Source of the DNA: Camelus ferus
Taxonomy: Eukaryota
Direction of reading: 5' to 3'
Assembly (NCBI RefSeq): GCF_009834535.1
Contig: NC_045732.1
Location: forward strand, 36,022,001 to 36,086,000
Length of the DNA stretch: 64,000 nucleotides
The notes beneath the pieces were generated by a model. It was not told where the DNA came from. It was given only the letters and a program-made list of their open reading frames with translations, and did no database searches. How positions within the stretch are numbered: the first letter of the stretch is position 1; each line of letters starts with the position of its first letter. Made by a program: the position numbers and the translations under genes. This document shows positions 51,161 to 63,352 of the stretch, one piece after another.

Positions 51161-53899
51161 AAGAAATTAGCATGTCAACTGCCACGGGATACAAGTTGCT
51201 GCCTGTGCCTTGTTTCTGTTACATGAAATACCTGGATGTGCTGCTTCCCGTGTTACCACCGCAGCGATATTCAGAAGCATGACTATAAGATGTCCACGCT
51301 AACTGGTTGTGGGGGCTTTTTTTTTTTTTTTTTCAGTTTAATGATGCAGAAGACAACAGATTCACTCTTTTTAAAAAGTTCCTTGATATGTATGGCCACA
51401 TCTCTAATTTTTAAAAATAGCAAAATATAAATAACAGAACAGCTATGTTTTACAGAAACAGATCCAGCGTGTATGCGTTATTTAAGCCCTCTGTAATTAC
51501 ATTAATTGGATTCGTTTTAAAGTGTATTGTAGGTCTTGCTTAAGAAAATGAGTTCAGATTTTAGGGCTTTAGGAACCCGAAAGTTTTAATTTGGCTTTTT
51601 GCCATAGTTCTAAAATGTCAATTTCATGGAAATTATTAAATGTGGTTATGTAGGAAAATGGATCCTTTTTCTTCCAGGTTGGCAACATTCTTAGATTTGG
51701 CAAAGGACAGATTTTTTTTTTTAAGCCAAGAAATAATAAAATTCTCATTCATTTTCTCGTGATGGAATATCTCGTCTGGCAGCTTTTTTCTTTAGCGTTT
51801 TTCTCTGAGACAAACTTTCTTTCTGTTTCCTCTTACACTTGTTTTCTGCAAAAATTTCTCCCTACATATAAAAAAAAGCTAGAGATGCCATGATTCTTGA
51901 GCTTGTGTTTGCTTAAACCAATAGGAAGATTAATTCTAATTGATTATCAAAATCAACCTTCGGCTCACAATGCTCAATTTCGCACTTATTAACCCTATTC
52001 TTCAATTCTGCTTTTAGTAATTTAACCGAACGCTTGAGAACCAAGCAGTTTTTTTTTTTTAAGTTTTATCCTGGTAAGAATGAAATGCACACTGTTTAAT
52101 TAACATTTTGAACCAAAATTAAATTCATTAAATTAATGAAAAGCATATTCGGAGTGTCTTTGTTGCTGGGTAAATGAGGACAACGTGCATGATAAACAGC
52201 AGACTGAAGAAGAGGCTCCCAAGCAAAGAAAACAGTCTTTAGAAAAACTGATGATCCCCTCTTCAAGGCAAGGATGACAAATACCAGTAATTATGCAAAG
52301 AATTGACTGCTGCCTCTTCTCTCTGCTTTGGTTTTGTGGCCGGGCCTGCATTTATTTCTTTTGATCATCATAATAAAAGTAAAGTAATTCAGCATTCCAG
52401 TGACATTGCTTAGTAAATTAGCAATTTGAAAATGCTTTTATTACCTAATTAATCCAAGCAAATGCCTCCGATAAATCCGATTTTACTCTTACATTTTTGT
52501 GTGTGTGCGCCTCCGGAGAAACACTTGCCTGAAATAAAAAAAGCTAAAGCAAGCTGGAGAACAATTGCTAACCAGATTTTTCTGCGCTTGTGCGTTGCAA
52601 CAGCGTTGATATTAAGTGACCTTTGGGTCTTAAATTATATATCAGATATTGGTTATGAATTGCTCACTGCTTGCTTCTTTAATAAGTTCCTGTGTGTTTG
52701 CTTTGCCTTGCTTATTCCCCAAAGCATGTTTTTTGTCTGCCTCATTGAATCTACCTTTGTCTAAACTATTTTCATTGAACTTCTATCAAAAAATCAGACC
52801 CTAATCCATAGTTCACTTGACAATCATCTTTGTCCTTCAAGTTAAGTCTCCCTTGAGCTCTTTGGTAGGAATTCAGCATGAGCAAACATCCAAAATTGGA
52901 AAGAGAACTTCATCAGGCATGGTTCTAAGAGATAACAATCAGATTTCTCAAAACCAGGAGGGTGTGTCCTATTTGAATAAAAAGAAGAAACAAAACCAGC
53001 AAATCCGTTTTGTTCAGGTCAAAACTGAGCCAACAAAAATCACAGTTGAGATCCTTTCTAAGCCCGAATTATGCTGATATATAAAAAGCACAATTCAAAT
53101 AACTTTATCCGTATTTTGCTTCACCACTACAAATCCCTTGCTCACTGACCAAACATCACTGCATTTCACATTTCCCTTTTCATTCCTGTATTGTTGAGAA
53201 TTTTTCACTGATCTTGAAATAAGAAAGTGCAAAACAATTTTTTAATAAAAGAAAAAGAAATAAGAAAGTGCAACTGGGCACAAGTGCTGTCTCCAAAGAA
53301 TCCTGTGTCACTCGTCATTTGTTTTTTGAAACATTTTATAATGTCATTGATAAGGACAGATCTGAACATCCCATGCAGACCCAAGGAGAGGGGGTTCCAA
53401 TTCAAAACATGTTTGTTGTAACAGCTTAATCCTACTGGCATCTCCCATTCCGATCCTCACCCCAATATAAAGAGTTTTATAAAGCATTAGCTTTCCCCCA
53501 TGAGAAAGTTACTATTTCTTTATTCATTTACTCTTCGGGCTGTGTTATCATTTATAGTGAGCCTGAACATAGTGCAGAGTCTTCTCTCCTTTCTTTCCTA
53601 TGAGAACTGGGAATTGCGGACCTGGAGATGATTTACAAGGGAAGGGAAGATGACAAGACAGCTCTTTTGCCAGAGTTTCCTCTTCTGGTTCTAAGAAAAG
53701 CATGAACTCAGTTCCTTCACTTTGGTGGATTGAGGTTAGTGAGCAACATCACTGGCTCAAATTTGCAGAATGCCAGTTACTTTCATTGGTCTCCTTGTGC
53801 TAGGGAAAAATGGAACCTGTTATCTCACAATACAATGGTGACAAAGACAATACCACCCACATAATGCTCAGATTGAAATGTTGATGCTGTGAGCCAAAT

Positions 53900-53904
<5 letters not shown>

Positions 53905-53944
<40 letters not shown>
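53905..53944 (+). repeat. (TG)20 microsatellite; (AAAAC)n nearby at ~54185-54212
   Basis: Read directly from sequence. Confidence 0.97.
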
Positions 53945-53946
<2 letters not shown>

Positions 53947-54392
53947 GATGTGCGTGCATATAATTCAAAGCTAAATAGAAACCTGAATACTGTGCTAGAT
54001 CCTTCAGTTACAAAACCCTTGGTGAGCTCTCTCTTACAGTTTTGGGGTATGTGATAAACTGTTGAGTACCTCAATATTTACCGTACTCACAGGAAAGTAC
54101 CATTTCAGATCCAGATCTTCCCATAAATTTACCAGCTCCAAATATTTAACCATATCATTATATGATAAAAGAAAAGAAAGAACCAAAAACAAAACAAAAC
54201 AAAACAAAACAAAGGAAGGAAGGGCCAACGTGATAGGATGAATACATGTAGGACTGGTTTGTACGACTGATAAGCACATCAGGTGTGTCAAATCATGGTT
54301 GCCTCCCCTATGGACCATTTTGTTTTGGTCTCTTTATGGCTGCCAATCAAAGCCTTATTCCTAGACATAGACAAACATTGTTGGTCACCAGA

Positions 54393-54647
54393 TGTTGTGG
54401 GTGGAATTGCATCCACCCAAAACGTAAGTCCTGACCCACAGTACCTGTGACTGTCACCTTATTTGGAAGTAGGATTTTACAGAGGTGATTAAGATGTAAG
54501 TTAAGACAAAGTCATCCTGGAGTAGGGTGGGTCCTTAATCCAATAGGACTGCTGTTTTCACTGGAGGAGAAGAACAGATACAGACACAGAGGGAAGACAC
54601 ATGTGAAGATGAAGGCAGAGGTAGAATGATGCTGCCACAAGCCAGGG
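54393..54647 (+). mobile_element. MLT1A/B-like MaLR LTR running into an N-run
   Basis: tgttgtgggtggaattg...gtacctgtgactgtcaccttatttggaagtagg...gagtagggtgggtccttaatccaata...atgtgaagatgaaggcagag...ccacaagccaggg. Confidence 0.85.
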
Positions 54648-55860
54648 NNNNNNNNNNNNNNNNNNNNNNNNNNNNNNNNNNNNNNNNNNNNNNNNNNNNN
54701 NNNNNNNNNNNNNNNNNNNNNNNNNNNNNNNNNNNNNNNNNNNNNNNNNNNNNNNNNNNNNNNNNNNNNNNNNNNNNAGGAAAGCAACCCACCAGGGAAT
54801 CATTAACCCCTGGTAATGCCAGCCCATCCTCTTCCGCACCTAGCACAGAGGAAATGTTCAAGTGTAGGATGTTCAAGAATGATAGACAGAATCATCTCAA
54901 TACGTGAAGGACAACAGCAGGATAGAATCTTCCAGAAACTGGAAAGACTCTTGAGAATTTACTTAATCTAATTGCTCCTCCAAGATGGGACTTGGCTACA
55001 ACTGAGAATCATAAAGTCACAGAATCTTAACCTGTTCAAAGACCTTAGAGATTTTTCTCTTCTTCTGAGATAACATGATACCTAGACGGTATGTCTTTAA
55101 AAGGTGCAGAATGGGGTCCTCTGTACACATTGTGCCCTCCCCCCATTCAATTCCATCTCCAGTTGTTGGGTTAAAATAGCTTCCACCTTTTGTCTTAAAT
55201 TAGCTTTTGGTCTTCAGTAGTCCCAAATTAAAATGTAAATCAGTCTGGAAGACTTCCCAGCCTAAACTCTTGTCAGTTCCCAACTTGTACCTTTATCAGT
55301 GCGTTGTTCTGTCCCGCCATCACCTAGGAGAATGCTGAGGTCATACAGTGTCCTCCATAAGTATTTGCCAAGTTGAACTGAGAAGCCAAGATTAGCTGGA
55401 ACTAAATGAAGGATTGAGTGAGGTGGATAAAGGAGAGAGATGGAGAAGAGGGAGAGAAGGAGAGCGCAAGACAGACTTGATTTCCGAGCTCTGTGTAGGA
55501 GAAAACCTGACAAGGGGCTGAAACGTAGGAGTGAAAGGTCAGCTCAGAGCTTTTTTTCTTTGCTCTTCCCAGTCTGCTAAGCATTTGTGGTGAGGAGGTG
55601 AGGCAGGGGGATTTCACCCTCTCTAATAACCTCCATCAGCTCTCACCCCCTCTCCAGCCATCCCCCTAAAATATCTAAGCTGAATAAAAATGATGGACTT
55701 GAAATGGAAATGTAGCTTCAAGCAAGCCCCAGCACAGATCCCATTGCCTGCCCCCACCTCCAAATTCCACTTAGATGCAGTACCTATGTCCTTCCGGAAT
55801 AGAAATGCTGGCGCTGTCACTGCGAGTGAGGAACTCATTTTGAAACGTATGCCTGTGTGG

Positions 55861-56025
55861 GTAGCAGGGTATAGCTCAGTGGTAGAGCGCGTGCTTAGCG
55901 TACAGAAGGTCCTGAGTTCAGTCCCCAGTGCCTCCATTAAATAAATAAATAAACTTAATTACCTCCTCCCCCATCCCCCCCTCAAAAAAAAACTAAAAAA
56001 AAAAAAAAAAAAGAAAGAAAAAAGA
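55861..56025 (+). mobile_element. vic-1-type tRNA-derived SINE with long A tail
   Basis: gggtatagctcagtggtagagcgcgtgcttagcgtacagaaggtcctgagttcagtccccagtgcctcc...aaataaataaacttaattacctcc. atgcctg is repeated on both flanks. Confidence 0.9.
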
Positions 56026-56058
56026 AATGCCTGGGACAGATCCCAATATAAATCCATA

Positions 56059-56133
56059 GTCAATATCACAAATCCACCACTTGTCAATATCACAATTCCC
56101 CCTACTTGTCAATATCACGAATCCTTCCCCCTT
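56059..56133 (+). repeat. 24-26 bp minisatellite, 3 copies (core GTCAATATCAC)
   Basis: Units start at 56059, 56083 and 56108. Confidence 0.9.
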
Positions 56134-56533
56134 GTTATACTATCCATAAAAGAGAACCCAACACATTTGAGAGAAGTCGGCCCCACTTGAAGATGAATAG
56201 AGAGTCTTTAGTCAGAAGTGCCAGGAGGAATACAAAAGAAAGTGTCAATTTTCTGAAGAAAGGAAAACTGGAGTTAATTCTCTGTATGCCTGTTGTTGGA
56301 TCTTGATACCTAGACTCTACAAACTTTTGAAAAACGTTTGACACGGTCAGGAGCTGCTTGAGGCCTCCTGGATTTATTTCTTCATGAAAATGTGCAGGAG
56401 TAATTTAACTATAGCCCGCAACGGGAATCAAAGCATTACAATCGAATAAAAACAATTTTTATATTAGATTTTTTTTAAGTTGGGCTTATGAAGAAAAGTC
56501 TAAAATGTACTAGTAATCTACTCATGGTATTTT

Positions 56534-56652
56534 TTTTTATTAAAGTATAGTTGATTTACAATGTCGTGTTAGTTTCAGGTGTACAGCTAAGTGGTTCAGT
56601 TATATGTACATATATTCTTTTTCAGATTCTTTTCCATGATAGGTTATTACAA
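56534..56652 (-). mobile_element. Short young L1 3' end with a perfect 15-bp TSD
   Basis: attaaagtatagttgatttacaatgtcgtgttagtttcaggtgtacag. TSD tactcatggtatttt at 56519-56533 and 56653-56667. Confidence 0.92.
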
Positions 56653-56929
56653 TACTCATGGTATTTTGTTATGATGTCTTCAGTAAAGATCTCTTGTCTT
56701 TGCAATGCACATAAATTCCATCAACCACTAAACTACTTGATGGTATAAATAGGGTGGCCGACTCCTTCCCTGCAAGTTCCACTCAGCAGTTGGGTCCCAG
56801 GTCACCAAACCTACTCCGATTCCCTAGGGAGCCAATTCCAGCCAAGAGTGAGGACAAAACTTCCCCAGTTCCCCAGACCAAGGTGATTATTTAGATGGTA
56901 CCTGAACCCTCAACCCCCACTGACCTTCT

Positions 56930-57160
56930 ACCTCCAACACCTCCATTCCCTGCTTTACATTTCTCTGTCTCATCTGTTTTCATCAAGCATCCTTTCTTTC
57001 TTCCTCATCTATTTTTATTGACCACATCTCCCCACTGGAATACACATTCCCTGAGGCCAGGGATTTTTGTCTATTGTGTTTACTGCTGTGGCCCCTGCAC
57101 CAACAACAGTGTCTGACACATGGTAAGTGCTCAATAAATATTGGTGGAAAGAGTGATTGA
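56930..57160 (+). mobile_element. L2 3' end
   Basis: ccctgaggccagggatttttgtc...gtgtctgacacatggtaagtgctcaataaatattggtggaa. Confidence 0.8.
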
Positions 57161-58309
57161 TATAAACATTATGACTTCATGTATTTCATGGAATAGAATG
57201 TTCAAAGCATTCACCTGTTTATTGATAGGAAAGGCAGTTCATTTTTTTTTTTTTTTGACTAATTTTATTCTTTGGAAGCAAAGACCTCAGAATGAAAGAT
57301 AGTGTCCAACATTCATGATGGGTACTTCATGATTTCTTTCCTTTCATCAGCTCAATTTTTATTTCTGAATATATTAACAAAGATATGCCTGATCAGTTTT
57401 GAATCATAAGATTTGTCCACCCAAGACCTTTTTGTTTTGCATAAATTTTGTCTTCCCCTGGTTTCTGTGCAGTAGCCGATGTTCCAATGGTAAAGATGGG
57501 GAGGAAGGGATTCTGTGATTCAAAGAACATAAGATTCAGCCAAAGGCTTCCGTGGAGAGTGAGGATCATAAGGAAAGGCTCTTAGGACTTTGGGTTTTCT
57601 GCCTTCTTTGCCCTCTAGCTTCTGTCCTGCAAATGTCAGATCACGCCTTTTGGTGTCTACGGCTCAGAGACTTCTGCTAGTGGGTGACTTGCAAAGGGTC
57701 TCATACAGAGACTTCCCCTTTTTTTGTTGGAAGTAAAAGTATTTATGGATGTGTTTAAACCCTGTAAGTTCTCCACAGGTTAGATTAAGGAGTTCATAGG
57801 TGAAGTTTATCTGTGTATAGTTAGTGGGAAAAGGCATGGGGAGGAAGAAGGAAAACATCTGTCACAGGGCAATAGGAAAAAAAAAATACACCACCGGTTA
57901 CCAGAATCTTCAGAATTAAAAAAAAGGAAAAGAAGCATCTGTGAGCATCAACATCAATGATACAAGCATCACAAAGCCTCAAGTGAAGGAAATAAAATTT
58001 CCAAGGCTTTCCATGAGGTTTACAGATCATTTCATGTACAACTTGGGGCATCCACGTTGGCTCAAAGGAAAACCTAATGGTTGTTCTCCTACCTCACCAA
58101 CTCAGAGGGTACAAAGAAAGCCAATCTCTCAGCCTGTTGACTCAAAGAGCAGTGGACCAGGAAAAAGGCAGTGACCATCCCTATTTTGCCTGACCCTGGA
58201 TGTAGACGTGGTGATGTTTGTTTCCCTCAAGACTCAACACTGCTTGACCTCTTGCAACTCTGCATTGAGACAGGGGAAGTGGGCGGGGTCACGAGGCCCT
58301 GCCTACTTC

Positions 58310-58450
58310 ATGGGTCCATGAAGCCCGCCTACTCAGACTCCACCCCCAGTGATTCAGATTTCATTGATCTTGAGTGGGGTCCAGGGATTGGAATTATTTT
58401 AAAGCTCCCTAAATATTTTTCCCATGCAGTTAGAATTAAGAACCATCATT
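58310..58450 (+). mobile_element. MER5-like hAT MITE fragment
   Basis: cagactccacccccagtgattcagatttcattgatcttgagtggggtccagggattgg...aaagctccc...attaagaaccatc. Confidence 0.7.
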
Positions 58451-59045
58451 CTCGCTCTGGGGAATCATTAAATTCAAAAGATTCTTACAGTTACAATTGA
58501 CACCTGCATACAAACTTCTCTCTAATTCAATAACTCAAAACCCTGACTCTGAAACATTTTCAGCTTATCCAGGGTGAAATCATCATGACAACATTCTTTA
58601 GAAAAATTCTCAACCCATACATAAGTTAAAAACTGGAGTCATGAATCACCCTTTGATTCCCTTTTCAAAAAACAAAAATGGCATGAAAATGGCATATTTT
58701 CTCATATAGAAAATTGATATAATTTGAAGTGTTATTACTCATCGTCATTCACATTAGACTTGAAACAAAGCTAAACAAGAATATTGCTAAATGGAAATTT
58801 ATTATCACATCAATAGAGTTCACAGTAACACTTAAAGAAAAAATCCAAACTCATGTCAAACATCTTTTCCCTCACCTCCTCCCTGAAGAATAATGAGTGT
58901 GAAAGCACTATTGTGGGAATTTTATCTGGGAGTAAACCTCCAGGGAAGGTCAAAGGAGAGCGCAGCCCACTCCTATGAGGCTTAGGAGAATCTTAGCATC
59001 CTCTAGTATCCCAGGGAACCAAGGTCTTCCTCAGAAGCGCATCTT

Positions 59046-59696
59046 TTTTTTTTTTTTTTTTTGGTTGTCAAATAACCCTTTATTAAATCTTTTTTTTTCT
59101 TTTTGTAGTTCTTAACTTGCTGGGCATTCCACCACACTACTGTTAATATCCTGTATGATGTCATGAGGGTGGTGGCCATCAACATTGCAGCCCACAGACT
59201 GAGCAGTCCCAGGGTCTCTTTAATGGTTCCAGAGAGTTCTCCAGCTAAAGATCGCTGCCGCATCTGTTGGGCAATGTTGACAATCTCATCAAAAGTGATG
59301 TTTCCACTGAGCTTAATGTTTTNNNNNNNNNNNNNNNNNNNNNNNNNNNNNNNNNNNNNNNNNNNNNNNNNNNNNNNNNNNNNNNNNNNNNNNNNNNNNN
59401 NNNNNNNNNNNNNNNNNNNNNNNNNNNNNNNNNNNNNNNNNNNNNNNNNNNNNNNNNNNNNNNNNNNNNNNNNNNNNNNNNNNNNNNNNNNNNNNNNNNN
59501 NNNNNNNNNNNNNNNNNNNNGGGTCAAGGCAGGTGTGGCACTGTCTTCCCCACTGGTGCACCTCACATGGACTACTTTTATCTCGCTGGGGTGAAACCTA
59601 GGCGGCATAGTGGAGGTGGAGGCAGCTGGTGTCGGATGAACCCGGATTTGGGACTACAGAAGAAAGTTGCACCTTGGCCTCCTCTGAGCCAAAAGC
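59046..59696 (-). pseudogene. RPL12: Processed pseudogene of 60S ribosomal protein L12
   Basis: Translates MPPRFHPSEIKVVHVRCT...[38 protein letters not shown], matching RPL12. A 1-nt deletion then shifts [18 protein letters not shown]...ECPAS* (stop 59114-59112) out of frame. No introns are visible. RPL12-like 5' UTR, AATAAA and poly-A are present. TSD cagaagcgcatctt (59032-59045) / cagaaatgcatctt (59697-59710). Confidence 0.96.
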
Positions 59697-59996
59697 CAGA
59701 AATGCATCTTGAGAAGGGCACTCCATGCTGCCCTGGGTGATAAAGGCCATTGTGGTATTTGAAAGACAATAAAAGTCAAAGCCTTCTCCCATCCTCTTCT
59801 GCAGCCCTACATCCCTTGTTGAGACTCAGTTTCTTCCCAGATTTCCAGACACCTGCTCTCAGTGCCACTGTTGAAACCACTGAGTGTTCTATCAGGAGAG
59901 CTCTGCAGCCTTCCTATATTCAACTGGCTCTGCTTGGGTTAGATCTTCTGTGAGACCACCTGAGAGTCCTTCCTTGAGTGGCATTTCAGATCCAGG

Positions 59997-60088
59997 TAGA
60001 GTGACCAACCCTGGGTCCCAGATTACCCAGGACCGTCTAGGTTTCAGCACTGGAAATCTGGTATCCTAGGATGCTGTTGGTCACCTTA
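59997..60088. mobile_element. 92-bp hAT-type MITE (MER96-like) with terminal inverted repeats and 8-bp TSD
   Basis: TIRs tagagtgaccaac / gttggtcacctta. Flanks gatccagg / gatacaag (6/8). Confidence 0.75.
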
Positions 60089-60232
60089 GATACAAGGCAT
60101 CACTCAAGAGCTCTTCCAAAGCCTCCTGGACCTAAAAATGTACCTATGAAGAAAGTTGTGCTTGTTTATTTTTCCCTAGGATTTTGCCTAGCTGTGTGTT
60201 AAGCAGTTGCAGATATGTTTCTGGAAAAGCTC

Positions 60233-60712
60233 TGTAGCAGATCATGCTAGTGTGCTGGTCAGATCCCCTAGACGCTCTTTATGGATTCTACATATCCATC
60301 CCTTAGCATCCACGTGCTTTGCTCCTAACTACTCTCACCTGCAACTGTCCTCAGAGACCCACCCTCGGGCTCCTGGGTCCACTTTGCTGGACCTGATGGG
60401 AAGCTTATGTGGCTCCCCAACCCACCCCCCTACCCTGGGCAATGCATAAGCAATAACTAACTGGAACAGAAATATGGAAGCTCCCCCTTCCCTTGTCACA
60501 AAGGAAACAACTCTGAGATGCAATTTACACTCATGAGCTCCCTGTAGGATTAGGCTGAGGCTGGGGTATCGCCAGAACTCACACCCTTGGCTTCTTCGCC
60601 TTCCTTGTCTAGCTTGCCCCATTCCCCTACTGGTTTCTCCCAGGGGCACCTCCTTCATTAATAACACCTACTTGAATTCTCAGTCTCTGTTCTGGGGAAC
60701 CTGACCAAAGAG
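60233..60712 (+). mobile_element. ERVL solo LTR (LTR16-like)
   Basis: tgtagcag...cagatccccta...aaacaactctgaga...gagctccctgtaggattaggctgaggc...ctcagtctctgttctggggaacctgaccaaaga. Confidence 0.7.
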
Positions 60713-60994
60713 AAGCTTGACTCAGGAAGGGCTTATATGATAAAGATAGCTTTGCTTAGATGTCTGCTGGGGAGAAAAGGATATCTCTGGCTTTACAAAG
60801 TCAAGGGAAGATAATAGATCATCTATCCAACAGTGATTCCTTCCTCATGTTGTCAATAGAGAATTTTCCTGAAAACACCAAGTGAACTTGGGTAATTTTT
60901 CCATTCTCCCATTACATTTACCAGTACTGTAGCAGTTCCTTCGTGGTGTTATACTATTGTTTTGGTTCTTCTCATGAGGTTTTCTTTTTAATTT

Positions 60995-61628
60995 TTAAAA
61001 ACTTTTTAAAAATTAAAGTATAGTTGATTCACAATGTTGTATTAGTTTCTGGTGTACAGTATAGTGATTCAGTTATACATATATATTCTTTTTCAAATTC
61101 CTTTTCATTACAGGTTACTACAAGCCATTGAATAGAGTTTCCTGTGCTATTCTGTAGGACCTTGTTGTTTATCTGTTCTGTACATAGTAGTCTGTATCTG
61201 CCAGTTCCAAACTCCCAATTTATCCCTCCCTCCCTGGTTAACCATAAGTTTGTTTTCTATGTCTGTGAGTCTCTTTCTGTTTTGTTAATAAGTTCATTGT
61301 GTCATTTTTTTAGATTCCACATGTAAGTAATATCATAAGATATTTGTCTTTCTCTGACTTACTTCACTTAGTATGATAATCTCTAGGTCCATCCATANNN
61401 NNNNNNNNNNNNNNNNNNNNNNNNNNNNNNNNNNNNNNNNNNNNNNNNNNNNNNNNNNNNNNNNNNNNNNNNNNNNNNNNNNNNNNNNNNNNNNNNNNNN
61501 NNNNNNNNNNNNNNNNNNNNNNNNNNNNNNNNNNNNNNNNNNNNNNNNNNNNNNNGTGCATGTATCTTTTCGAATTAGAGTTTTCTCTAGTTATATGCCC
61601 AGGAGTGGGATTGCTGGTTCGTATGGCA
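60995..61628 (-). mobile_element. Young L1 3' portion interrupted by an N-run
   Basis: aattaaagtatagttgattcacaatg...gtaggaccttgttgtttatc...tagattccacatgtaag...gcccaggagtgggattgctgg. Confidence 0.92.
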
Positions 61629-61832
61629 TGTTATACTAGTTTGTGTGCTCAGTCTGGTGATCTTAGCAGACCATAAGCCACTAAAAGGCAGAAACAAAGC
61701 ATTTTCTTCCTCATCACAAGTCACATGAAAGGGTGACTTACAGCACAGAATTCAGACTTACATAACTGGTAGCAACACCACACAGAAGCATTGAGAATTT
61801 TTGCCCACTCTAGAAAATATCCATTTCACAGA

Positions 61833-62312
61833 CTGTAAGTTGGAGTTTCAGCAATAAGAAACAGAAGACACACTCAAATGGAATTTTGAAGAAGGGAATA
61901 TTTACAGAGGTGACAGCAGGGAAATGAGAACCAGCAATAGATGCTGAAGCACCCTGGATTTAGTAAGGATGAGAAGCTACTATTATCCTTAGGCCTGACT
62001 AGGAAAGCGGGGAAGAGAAATTGCGGGAACCCAGTGATATCTGTAGCTGTTGGAAAGAGCCACTAGGCAGGAGCCAAGGCTCCGGCAGAACTCAGCCACT
62101 GCCCATCTGCAACTTGGTAGGGTAGGAATCGGGAACAAATAAATACTCTGATCTCTCTCTCCTCCTGCTCTCAGATCTCTTCCTGGAGATTTCCGTTGGA
62201 CAAACTCAACTGGAAGCCATATAATAAGGGAACCTGGGTGATGGAATCTGAAGGGGTTCAAAAAAAGGTGGAGGATGAAAATGGAAGGGCAAATGGGGAA
62301 TAACCTGAACAT
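61833..62312 (-). mobile_element. ERVL solo LTR (LTR33-like)
   Basis: cagcaataagaaacagaagacacactcaaa...gaagcaccctgga...ttaggcctga...aaataaatactctgatctc...aaactcaactggaagcca...ggaagggcaaatggggaataacctgaaca. Confidence 0.75.
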
Positions 62313-63194
62313 TTAACAACTTTCCAGACTCCCCACTATACACAGCTCTTAACAGCATGTAAAAGCAAACTATGGACATTAGCTCCTGTTCTAGGTCTTT
62401 GCTCCAGAATATTCTCCATTTGCTATTTTCCACCCATTTCCATTTTTTCTTCTCTCTTTCTTAGGTTCCTGTCTCTGTATCTGCTTATAGCTTTGACATT
62501 CAGGACATACTTTGGATTCTTCCAGTTTCTTAGACCTTTAGCTTTCTAGCACATTCTTGGCTCTCTATTACAGATTCCCATTTCTGCATCTCTTGAAATC
62601 TCCAATGAGAAACTTTCCACTGTTGCTTCAGCCCTGCGGAACCCCACTGGGCATGGCCAGTTGCCTGACCAGTTGGAAATTCAGTGTTCAAGGAAAAGCA
62701 GCTTTTATAACCAACCATTCATAGACCAACATAAGATGGTGGCTTTGACGTGGGGCATGTGCATAAGAATTATGGGGATTCTAGCTTTGAGAGGGTCATT
62801 TATCAGAAATAACTCAGCCTGAAAGTTTTTTGTTTCTGCTAGACATTAGGTTGATGTATGAAACCCTTCCATGCAGGCAGAGAATGGGCATAATTCTTCC
62901 AAAGGGAAAATGAATGTGGAGCCATCCATTTAGGATTCCATTTTTGCATGTATCTCCCCATCAGCAAGTGTATAGAACCATCAGCGATGTAGACATTATG
63001 ATGTGAATTCTCCACTCTGAGTACTGGCAGCTGGAAAACAAAAATTTCCTGCAGTTCACCTATCAGTTCTAACAAGAAAATGTGAGTAGGGCAACATGAC
63101 TCAGCACGGGTAGAGACAGGAATTGGCCACGATGTTCAATCAGTAGAAAGAAGATGAAGATACACACAAAATCAGAATAGGGGCATTTGGAGGT

Positions 63195-63352
63195 GGGAGG
63201 GTATAGCTCAGTGGGAGAGCGCATGCTCAGCAGGCACGAGGTCCTGGATTCAATCCCCAGTACCCCATTTAAGTAAATAAACAAACAAACCAAATTATCC
63301 TCCACCCCCTTCCAAAAAACAACAACAACAAAAAAAAAAAAAAAAAAAAAAA
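63195..63352 (+). mobile_element. vic-1-type tRNA-derived SINE with A tail
   Basis: gggagggtatagctcagtgggagagcgcatgctcagcaggcacgaggtcctggattcaatccccagtacc. Confidence 0.9.

Noticed and set aside
49789-51282. Long ORFs in the CpG island (e.g. 279 aa at 50289-51128)
   Set aside because: They overlap in all six frames, are Pro/Arg/Gly/Ala-rich and resemble no known protein. This is expected from stop-codon scarcity in GC-rich DNA.
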